DNA of 15,507 nucleotides from a virus. Taxonomy: Duplodnaviria > Heunggongvirae > Uroviricota > Caudoviricetes. Below are positions 1-6,458 of the stretch, piece after piece. The stretch's first letter is position 1; each line of letters opens with the position of its first letter. The notes beneath the pieces were generated by a model. It saw nothing but the letters and a program-made list of their open reading frames with translations, searched no databases and was not told the DNA's origin. A program made the position numbers and the translations under genes. Location: IMG/VR virus record IMGVR_UViG_2563366806_000001, positions 1 through 15,507 of that record; one strand, written 5' to 3'.

Positions 1-179
1 AGTCGCTGTCGTTCTCAAAATCGGTGGAGCTGCATGACAAAGTCATCGGGCATTATCTGAACATAAAACACTATCAATAAGTTGGAGTCATTACCGCCAG
101 AGTTAAGGATGAACTTGAAGGAGAAACCTACGAAATTTTCGTAGGTCAAAAAAACGGCGCAGAAATAGATATTATAACA

Positions 180-701
180 ATGACCTACAAACAAGCCCTG
201 CGAGTTGCCGCGCGCGAGTCAAAAGCGGTCCGCCGTTCGCTGATCGACAAACTGGAAGAATTACAGCAGGCAAACTCCCCTACCCCATCGATCCCCCAGA
301 CATTACCAGAAGCCCTACGCCTGGCTGCCGAGTTAGCAGAACAGAAAATGCAGTTGGAACAACAGCTGGTGGCCGCAGCCCCTAAAGTCGATTTTGCCGA
401 CCGGGTATCAGTGGCCAATGGAATCCTGATCGGGAACTTTGCAAAGGTCGTTGGACTTAAGCAAAACGCCCTTTTCTCATGGTTGCGCCAGAACGGCATT
501 CTCATGGCTTTTGGTGCGCGCAAAAACGTATCGCACCAACAGTACATCAACGCCGGGTATTTCACGGTGAAAGAAGTGGTGTTGGATGATGAAAATGGCT
601 ACCAGATACGGCTGACGCCCCAATTAACGGGTAAAGGCCAGCAGTGGTTAACTCGCAAGCTACTTGATGCTGGTTTGTTAAAACCAGTAGCAATAGGTTA
701 A
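180..701 (+). CDS. KilAC (antirepressor C-terminal) domain protein, 173 aa
   Basis: ATG 180 to TAA 699-701. Residues ~37-170 align without gaps to the C-terminal 134 aa of the KilA ORF at 865-1665 (87/134 identical, counted by eye; shared IPQ[TS]LPEALRLAA[ED]LAEQK and TGKGQQWL). No clear Shine-Dalgarno upstream; same-frame TAA at 78-80. Confidence 0.7.
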   Translation: MTYKQALRVAARESKAVRRSLIDKLEELQQANSPTPSIPQTLPEALRLAAELAEQKMQLEQQLVAAAPKVDFADRVSVANGILIGNFAKVVGLKQNALFSWLRQNGILMAFGARKNVSHQQYINAGYFTVKEVVLDDENGYQIRLTPQLTGKGQQWLTRKLLDAGLLKPVAIG

Positions 702-713
702 CAAAAGAAAAAA

Positions 714-738
714 CCTGCCAGCAAACTGGCAGGTTTCT
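714..738 (+). terminator. rho-independent terminator after the KilAC ORF
   Basis: Stem CCTGCCAG (714-721) / CTGGCAGG (726-733), loop CAAA, followed by TTTCT. Confidence 0.6.
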
Positions 739-743
739 GAGCA

Positions 744-766
744 GATCGACCAACCCGATCTGGATC
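744..766. promoter_or_regulatory. cluster of three GATC (Dam) sites just upstream of the kilA control region
   Basis: GATC at 744-747, 757-760 and 763-766. Confidence 0.4.
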
Positions 767-778
767 GAGTTAGAAAAA

Positions 779-795
779 TTTGCTCTAATAAATTT
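779..795 (+). promoter_or_regulatory. C1-repressor operator-like site upstream of kilA
   Basis: TTTGCTCTAATAAATTT matches the recalled P1 C1 operator consensus ATTGCTCTAATAAATTT at 16/17 positions, about 70 bp upstream of the kilA ATG. Confidence 0.55.
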
Positions 796-864
796 CGTTT
801 TCTAAGTGCAAAGAATCACCATTTCGAGCTGGTGATTGAAGGTTGATGCAAATTTGGAGAAAAA

Positions 865-1665
865 ATGCAACAAACATTCAATGCGGATATGAATATATCA
901 AACCTTCATCAAAATGTCGATCCTTCAACCACTCTTCCCGTTATTTGTGGTGTTGAAATTACGACCGACCGCGCTGGCCGTTACAACCTTAATGCTCTAC
1001 ACAGAGCGAGCGGACTCGGTGCCCATAAAGCGCCAGCTCAATGGCTAAGAACGCTGTCAGCTAAACAGCTCATCGAAGAGCTTGAAAAAGAAACTATGCA
1101 GAATTGCATAGTTTCGTTCGAAGGCCGTGGCGGCGGCACTTTTGCCCATGAATTGCTCGCAGTGGAGTACGCTGGTTGGATTTCTCCCGCGTTTCGGCTG
1201 AAGGTAAACCAGACATTTATCGACTATCGAGCTGGAAGATTACAACCTGCTATTCCGCAGAGTCTCCCTGAAGCTCTCCGTTTGGCTGCCGACCTGGCAG
1301 AGCAAAAGCAACGGCTGGAGCAAAAAATGCTTATGGATGCACCTAAAGTCGAATTCGCCGAACGCGTTGCTACCGCCAGCGGGGTTCTAATCGGCAACTA
1401 TGCCAAAGTGCTCGGCCTGGGCCAAAACTATCTCTTCACCTGGTTGCGTGATAACGGAATTCTGATCGCAACCGGTGAACGCAGGAACGTCCCCAAACAA
1501 GAATACATATCCCGTGGGTATTTCACCCTTAAAGAAACCGTGATCGATACAAGCAATGGAAGCAGGATTTCTTTCACGACTCGTATAACCGGCAAAGGTC
1601 AGCAGTGGCTGATGAAGCGATTGCTTGATGCTGGTGTGCTGGTACCTGTCGCGGCAACGCGCTAA
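865..1665 (+). CDS. kilA: KilA (KilA-N domain plus KilAC domain), 266 aa
   Basis: SD GGAG 854-857, ATG 865. N-terminal KilA-N-like segment (PVICGVEITTDRAGRYNLNALHRASG). Length and position directly upstream of repL match the P1 lytic replicon as recalled. C-terminal domain paralogous to ORF 180-701. Confidence 0.8.
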   Translation: MQQTFNADMNISNLHQNVDPSTTLPVICGVEITTDRAGRYNLNALHRASGLGAHKAPAQWLRTLSAKQLIEELEKETMQNCIVSFEGRGGGTFAHELLAVEYAGWISPAFRLKVNQTFIDYRAGRLQPAIPQSLPEALRLAADLAEQKQRLEQKMLMDAPKVEFAERVATASGVLIGNYAKVLGLGQNYLFTWLRDNGILIATGERRNVPKQEYISRGYFTLKETVIDTSNGSRISFTTRITGKGQQWLMKRLLDAGVLVPVAATR

Positions 1666-1694
1666 CAGACGTAGTAAGAACCACCAGCATTGTA

Positions 1695-2540
1695 ATGCTG
1701 GCTAAAGTCACTTTCCTGAGCTGTATAACGATGAGCGATTTTACTTTTTCTGGCTATGAATTGGCCTGCTTTGTAACACACTCCGGTCTATCCCGTAGCG
1801 CCGGGCATATCCTGTCGCAATGTGCAAATCTCGCGGCAACAACCAGTGAATACTTCATTCACAAGCCTCACCGCCTGATCGCGGCAGAAACTGGTTATAG
1901 CCAATCAACCGTCGTTCGTGCATTCCGTGAAGCTGTAAACAAAGGAATCCTGTCTGTAGAGATTGTTATCGGCGATCACCGTGAACGTCGCGCTAACCTG
2001 TACCGGTTTACACCATCCTTTTTGGCCTTCGCACAACAAGCCAAAAATGCGCTGACTGAAAGCAAATTAAAGATCTCTTCAGCGGCAACCAAGGTTAAAG
2101 CTGTTATCGCTAAGTCATTGGCTTTATTTAATTTTATATCCACACCCCCATGTCAAAATGATACCCCCTCCCCCTGTCAGGATGACGTGGCAATAAAGAA
2201 TAAGAAGTCACAAGTTAAAAAAACAAAAAGATCAGTTTCCGGCGGTGCCGGAACGTCCAGACTCAAAAAATTGACTTCATGGATCGCTGAGGCAAAAGCA
2301 AAGGCTGACAATCTGCGGTTATCCCAAAAACGCGCTCAAAAACATGAGTTCAAGCAGAAAGTAGAGGCGGCTGCGCGGAAATATGCTTACCTGAAGAACA
2401 AGCGTTCGCCTGATATTGGCGGGATATCAAACTTCGATAACCTACCGCATTGCATGACGGTAAACGAAGCTCTTAATGCGGTTTTAGCCAAAAATAAAGA
2501 TAACGAACAATGGGGTATACCGGCGGGATTCAGAGGGTGA
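1695..2540 (+). CDS. repL: RepL-like lytic replication initiator, 281 aa (ATG 1731 is an alternative start)
   Basis: Begins 29 bp after kilA; 281 codons as recalled for P1 RepL; HTH-like segment TGYSQSTVVRAFREAVNKGIL; stop TGA 2538-2540. Confidence 0.6.
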   Translation: MLAKVTFLSCITMSDFTFSGYELACFVTHSGLSRSAGHILSQCANLAATTSEYFIHKPHRLIAAETGYSQSTVVRAFREAVNKGILSVEIVIGDHRERRANLYRFTPSFLAFAQQAKNALTESKLKISSAATKVKAVIAKSLALFNFISTPPCQNDTPSPCQDDVAIKNKKSQVKKTKRSVSGGAGTSRLKKLTSWIAEAKAKADNLRLSQKRAQKHEFKQKVEAAARKYAYLKNKRSPDIGGISNFDNLPHCMTVNEALNAVLAKNKDNEQWGIPAGFRG

Positions 2541-2666
2541 TAGATTGCTCTAATCTGGAGTCACCTGGCGTTTTCAGTATGGATTTTCTTTGGCGCGGTC
2601 TGGCCATTAGGGATCATGTTTGCTGCAACGTTTCTTCTGATGTGGGTATTCACCCTTCCAGGTGAT

Positions 2667-2707
2667 TTCTATAGAAAAAAAGCCAGACATTGATACAATC
2701 GCTGCGG
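2667..2707 (+). promoter_or_regulatory. putative hok/mok promoter and mRNA 5' end
   Basis: -10-like TACAAT at 2694-2699. Predicted transcript 5' end GGTGCTTGAGG (2707-2717) resembles hok-family mRNA 5' ends. Confidence 0.35.
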
Positions 2708-2761
2708 GTGCTTGAGGCTATCTGCTTCAGGCATTACCCGAAAAGCAGATAGAAGAAAGCC

Positions 2762-2827
2762 CCAGATAACATTACGCGTCCTGCAAGACGCTTAACATTA
2801 ATCTGAGGCCATATCTATGCTTAGCAT
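2762..2827 (-). ncRNA. sok: candidate Sok-like antisense RNA (antitoxin); ends approximate
   Basis: Minus-strand promoter: -35 TTGACC (complement of 2856-2861), 16-bp spacer, -10 GCTAAT (complement of 2834-2839). The transcript would be antisense to the mok SD and start (ATG 2817). Weak hairpin GCGTC/GACGC around 2777-2792. Confidence 0.35.
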
Positions 2828-3023
2828 ACGTAGATTAGCCTCTTACCGACCAAAAGGTCAAGGAGAAGCAGGCTATGAAGCAGCAAAAAGCGATGTTAAT
2901 CGCTCTGATCGTCATCTGTTTAACCGTCATAGTGACGGCACTGGTAACGAGAAAAGACCTCTGCGAGGTACGAATCCGAACCGGCCAGACGGAGGTCACT
3001 GTCTTCACAGCCTACGAATCTGA
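2817..3023 (+). CDS. mok: Mok-like leader ORF overlapping hok in a different frame, 68 codons
   Basis: SD GAGG 2805-2808, ATG 2817, TGA 3021-3023 (7 nt before the hok stop). Nested arrangement is typical of hok/mok/sok loci. Confidence 0.5.
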   Translation: MLSIRRLASYRPKGQGEAGYEAAKSDVNRSDRHLFNRHSDGTGNEKRPLRGTNPNRPDGGHCLHSLRI

Positions 3024-3030
3024 AAGGTAA
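2875..3030 (+). CDS. hok: Hok/Gef-family type I toxin, 51 aa
   Basis: SD AAGGAG 2860-2865, ATG 2875, TAA 3028-3030. Hand translation: MKQQKAMLIALIVICLTVIVTALVTRKDLCEVRIRTGQTEVTVFTAYESER. Single hydrophobic helix plus the conserved RKDLCE..R.G..E..F.AYE tail of Hok/Gef/RelF proteins (closest to HokD/HokC as recalled). Below the ORF-track size cut-off. Confidence 0.85.
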   Translation: MKQQKAMLIALIVICLTVIVTALVTRKDLCEVRIRTGQTEVTVFTAYESER

Positions 3031-3042
3031 GAGACCTGGCGG

Positions 3043-3053
3043 GGAGAGATCCC
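3043..3053. repeat. IS186 target-site duplication, left copy
   Basis: GGAGAGATCCC, identical to 4392-4402. Confidence 0.75.
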
Positions 3054-4391
3054 ATAAGCGCTAACTTAAGGGTTGAACCATCTGAAGAATGCGACGCCTC
3101 GGTGCCTCGTTAAGACGATGCCTCGCGTTCTTCAATTGCGTTTTGTAGGCTGTCAGGGATACTGTCCCACGAATGGCCACCTGTAAGCTCCAGATGACCA
3201 TTTTTGTTATTCTCCACAACGAGTTAGTTCTTCTTTTCGGATCCGGCACTTCTGGGGGGGAAATCCAGCGATGGCTGGATTATGTCGTCAATTAAAAATG
3301 CGGCGAGTAGATTAGCAAATATCCACGCTTTCGCGAGTTCAGGTTCCTTTGCACGCAAAGCATCCAGGTGCAGCAAACTTTTGAGCCGCTTAAAAGCCAG
3401 TTCAATTTGCCATCGCAGACGGTAACAATCAGCCACTTGCTCTGCTGAATATTCATCTTCCGGTAATGATGTTAGCAATAGCACATGGCCCGCTGCTTCC
3501 AGCGTTTCCGCCTGAACTACTCGTCCTTTTCGACGATTCTCGCTGAGCAGTCGGGTTTTACTGATTAATGCTTTTTCGGGAGGAAGTGATACGGCAATGA
3601 GACGTGCCGGAAAGGGAGCTCCGGCTTTTTTATTACCTGAATTGCCTATCATTACAGTGGTTTCACCGTTCTTACCGCAATCCAGCCCGCGCAGAAAACC
3701 CATCATGTCAAAGCGCATTCCTTCTGCAGTTAACCAGCGCAATCCTCGCCAGTGAACCCGGACGATATAATCAGCTTCTCCAAAAGCAAGTGAGCGGATA
3801 CATTCGGGACGCGAACCGAATCCCCGGTCAGCAATGCGTATCTCGTCTGCCGTTTGCGCAAATCGGTCCAGCCGTTCAGCGTCTCTGCTGTCGGTTAGCT
3901 CAAAATCAGTGAACTGACAGGTATGAGGATCATATCCCATATGTAGTCGCCATTCAGCGCTGCCGCCCCCGGGCGCACTGATTGCTGTTCCATCGACAAG
4001 ACGCAATCTCTTTCCGCTTGTACAACCCGTAACTGCGGCGCGTACAGCAAGTGTTTGTGCGGCAAGTATGCCAAACCAGTCGGCGGCATTCCGCAGCCGC
4101 TTCAGGAGAGCCACGTCAGATAATGTTGCAACGTCATGGAGCTGAGCCCATGCAGTGACTTCACGTAATGACATCCCCCCGGGGCCGTAAGCCAGCCCCA
4201 GACGTAGCAGAGTTGCAGCATCACGAATTTCGCGGCGGCGGGTTAGAGCCCCGGCATTACGTGCCGAAGTATCCAGTTCTTCGGGCTTACCAATATGGGC
4301 CAGAATTGCTGACCAGTTATCGTGAGAGTAATTCATCGGCACGTTAAATCATATCAGGCGTAATACCACAACCCTTAAGTTAGCGCTTATG
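3054..4391 (-). mobile_element. IS186 insertion sequence (IS4 family), complete, 1338 bp
   Basis: Perfect 23-bp terminal inverted repeats CATAAGCGCTAACTTAAGGGTTG at 3054-3076 and (complement) 4369-4391; single transposase ORF; flanked by an 11-bp direct repeat. Confidence 0.9.
3224..4336 (-). CDS. insL: IS186 transposase, 370 aa from ATG 4336 (ORF track extends to GTG 4342)
   Basis: Protein MNYSHDNWSAILAHIGKPEELD...YRLRWQIELAFKRLK... recognised as IS186 InsL; fills the element between its inverted repeats. Confidence 0.9.
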   Translation of the reverse strand: MNYSHDNWSAILAHIGKPEELDTSARNAGALTRRREIRDAATLLRLGLAYGPGGMSLREVTAWAQLHDVATLSDVALLKRLRNAADWFGILAAQTLAVRAAVTGCTSGKRLRLVDGTAISAPGGGSAEWRLHMGYDPHTCQFTDFELTDSRDAERLDRFAQTADEIRIADRGFGSRPECIRSLAFGEADYIVRVHWRGLRWLTAEGMRFDMMGFLRGLDCGKNGETTVMIGNSGNKKAGAPFPARLIAVSLPPEKALISKTRLLSENRRKGRVVQAETLEAAGHVLLLTSLPEDEYSAEQVADCYRLRWQIELAFKRLKSLLHLDALRAKEPELAKAWIFANLLAAFLIDDIIQPSLDFPPRSAGSEKKN

Positions 4392-4402
4392 GGAGAGATC
4401 CC
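4392..4402. repeat. IS186 target-site duplication, right copy
   Basis: GGAGAGATCCC, identical to 3043-3053. Confidence 0.75.
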
Positions 4403-4426
4403 CGCCACTCTTCGTGTGTCAGGTAT

Positions 4427-4438
4427 CCTCAATGCACC
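4427..4438 (+). promoter_or_regulatory. displaced hok mRNA 3' fold-back (fbi-like) element
   Basis: CCTCAATGCACC is near-complementary to the predicted hok mRNA 5' end GGTGCTTGAGG (2707-2717). Now separated from the hok body by IS186. Confidence 0.35.
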
Positions 4439-4452
4439 CTTTCCTCTCCAAA

Positions 4453-4478
4453 TAAAAAAGCTCCCGAAGGAGCTTTAA
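4453..4478 (-). terminator. rho-independent terminator ending the minus-strand late operon
   Basis: Stem AGCTCC (4459-4464) / GGAGCT (4469-4474), loop CGAA. Plus-strand A-run 4454-4458 gives the U-tract for minus-strand transcripts; a short T-run on the plus side makes it weakly bidirectional. Confidence 0.6.
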
Positions 4479-4495
4479 AATACAAGGGATAACTC

Positions 4496-5005
4496 TTAAT
4501 CCCACTCAATCCAGTTGTAGACGATACGAAGTGACGGGCGCACAGCGGCAGTCACATCTTCGGTACTAAAGTCGATTGCATCACTGTAGATTTTGCAGTC
4601 CAACATTTCAATTGTTGTAGCAGCTTTTGTCACAGCGTTAACCCCGGAAGATTTGGATTCAGGGGTCGCAGCCATCGTGATATCAACATAGTCCTTCGCC
4701 GCAATGCGATCTTTAATGAACTGAAGAATATCGCCTTCGATAGTCTCCACGCACTGGACCTGGATTTCCCCAGAGTTTCGAATTGGACCGTGCTGGTTGA
4801 ACTTCACACCATTCGGACCATAGTCCTCCACATCCTCGCGGGTCATTTCAGGAATTTGCGACGTGCGAACCAGTACGCTGATATCTTCATGGCCTGCAAA
4901 AGTGAGCTGGAATTCAGAAGATACCAGTCGTTCGCCTTTGGCCGCGTTGGCAGTATAGCGGCCCTTAATAAATTTACGGTTTCCCTTAGTGTTATTGTGC
5001 CCCAT
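4496..5005 (-). CDS. late structural protein, possibly tail-tube-like, 169 aa
   Basis: Last gene of the co-directional late operon, downstream of the sheath gene and directly before the terminator. Size and aromatic C-terminus (RIVYNWIEWD) are reminiscent of contractile-tail tube proteins; assignment from memory, unverified. Confidence 0.4.
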   Translation of the reverse strand: MGHNNTKGNRKFIKGRYTANAAKGERLVSSEFQLTFAGHEDISVLVRTSQIPEMTREDVEDYGPNGVKFNQHGPIRNSGEIQVQCVETIEGDILQFIKDRIAAKDYVDITMAATPESKSSGVNAVTKAATTIEMLDCKIYSDAIDFSTEDVTAAVRPSLRIVYNWIEWD

Positions 5006-5016
5006 ATAAAATCCTT

Positions 5017-5598
5017 TTACTGGAACGCCCGAACAATATCGGAGCTGTTATATATCGAAGAACCAGTCAACTGGAGGTTGACGGTGTTTTTCAGGAAATG
5101 CCCATTGCTGTCCCTGGGCGCATCGAGATCGAAACTTATGTCCTGGATAGCGACATCAATGATGTTGATCCGGCGACCAATGTTTAGCGTCACACGCTCC
5201 GGGATTCGACCACCAATACTGGCATCTTTAAGTTCCGGGCTAATCATCGCTGACAATGCGGCGATAGCTCCTGAAACCTCCGTGAATGGGTCAAACAAAG
5301 CGATGAAAGTTACTGGCAGCGTGAAAGTCGGCGGTGTTCCCCCTTCCCAAACCATTAAGCTGTTCCAACGGGCAACCGACGTTGTTTCAGTACCAACCTG
5401 CGCAAAACCACTGAAGGCACCAGCAACAGATCCCATGGACATACCGGTAAACGGCGCTTCCCAATTCTGGGCCATGTTCATTGCCGCTCCCTGGCTGATA
5501 TATCCGGTAACCTGGTACTGAGAGTTCGTTAAAGTAACTTTCAGATATGGCGATACACCGTCAGCCTGGCTGTAAACCCCATAAGGTATAGGTGCCAT
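5017..5598 (-). CDS. late-operon protein of unknown function, 193 aa
   Basis: ATG start; 11-bp gap to the next gene; co-directional with structural genes. No recognisable motif. Confidence 0.4.
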   Translation of the reverse strand: MAPIPYGVYSQADGVSPYLKVTLTNSQYQVTGYISQGAAMNMAQNWEAPFTGMSMGSVAGAFSGFAQVGTETTSVARWNSLMVWEGGTPPTFTLPVTFIALFDPFTEVSGAIAALSAMISPELKDASIGGRIPERVTLNIGRRINIIDVAIQDISFDLDAPRDSNGHFLKNTVNLQLTGSSIYNSSDIVRAFQ

Positions 5599-5633
5599 TC
5601 AAGTTAAAGGCCGGAGTTCTCCGGCCTCCTCCT

Positions 5634-6449
5634 TTAGCCGAGGCGCTTACGGCGCAGTTTCATTGACTTTTTGCGGGCCAGTTTTGCCGCGCCGGTCTGG
5701 GCTTTACGACGCGCTTTTTTCAGCGCCGATTTTTGAGCCGCAGTCAGACGTTTTTTACGCAGGCGTTTACGGATGAGTTTGATCTCACCGTTACGAACAA
5801 CCTTCTTAAATGCTTCAGTCAGCATTTCATCAGAAGTGCCAGCAACAACAAACGCCGCTTCCAGTTCGTCACGGTCGTCGCTATCTAAACCAGCGATAGA
5901 GGCACCAACATCAGCAGCTGCGTCGTCGTCTTCATCGTCAGCCAGTGCTTCGATCAGGTCATCATCTACACCGCATGCTGCGAGGAAGTCAGCAACATTT
6001 GCCCATGCTTCGTTATAGGCATCGTCCTGTTCTTCTGTAACTTCGGAGTCGTCGTCATCAGAGATACCAGCGATAGCCTGAACGAAACCATCAAGGGAGT
6101 CGAAAGTCAGATCACCGCTATCAGCCCAGGCGAAAACGGCGTCGGCTGCATCACTCAACGCATTCTGCATAGCACTTCGATTTGCAGCTTCCAGAATCAT
6201 CTGGTGCGCCTGTTCGACGGTCCATTCTTTACCGTCTTTCCCTTCCAGGATTTGCTCAGGAGCCGTGGCAGATGGAGCGTTATCGTTAGTCTGTGCCGCC
6301 GGTTCCGGATTATTATTAATAACCGGATCTGTTGTCGGTTCGGCGCTTGCTCGGGCAGACTCCATCAACTGCACAGGATCAGAGTTCAAAGCGAAACGAG
6401 ACAGTCCATTCCCCAAAAATGCCCCGGATTGAAAAAAGTTTTTGCTCAT
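5634..6449 (-). CDS. charge-segregated late-operon protein, 271 aa (acidic core, Lys/Arg-rich C-terminal tail)
   Basis: ATG 6449, 9 nt after the sheath stop. Central Asp/Glu-rich tracts (DDDDSEVTEEQDD, ADDEDDDAAAD, DSDDRDELE); last ~50 residues almost all K/R (KLIRKRLRKKRL...RRKRLG). Confidence 0.45.
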   Translation of the reverse strand: MSKNFFQSGAFLGNGLSRFALNSDPVQLMESARASAEPTTDPVINNNPEPAAQTNDNAPSATAPEQILEGKDGKEWTVEQAHQMILEAANRSAMQNALSDAADAVFAWADSGDLTFDSLDGFVQAIAGISDDDDSEVTEEQDDAYNEAWANVADFLAACGVDDDLIEALADDEDDDAAADVGASIAGLDSDDRDELEAAFVVAGTSDEMLTEAFKKVVRNGEIKLIRKRLRKKRLTAAQKSALKKARRKAQTGAAKLARKKSMKLRRKRLG

Positions 6450-6458
6450 TGTATTTCC

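Noticed and set aside
185-753. Minus-strand ORFs 185-565 and 562-753 opposite the KilAC gene
   Set aside because: Fully antisense to a gene with a strong paralogue match; Cys/Arg-rich, low-complexity translations; no SD; typical shadow ORFs.
2817-3023. Treating the 68-aa ORF as an independent protein-coding gene of its own function
   Set aside because: Its highly basic translation and complete overlap with hok in another frame fit a mok-type coupling leader better than a functional protein; kept only as mok.
3061-4089. Small ORFs inside IS186 (3061-3249 minus, 3604-3912 plus, 3895-4089 minus)
   Set aside because: Lie inside or antisense to the transposase gene of a compact IS; no independent evidence of coding.
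2667-4478. Possibility that this is the chromosomal E. coli K-12 hokC-IS186 region
   Set aside because: The locus is flanked on both sides by phage-plasmid genes (kilA-repL, late operon, par/rep), and the Hok sequence differs from my recollection of K-12 HokC.
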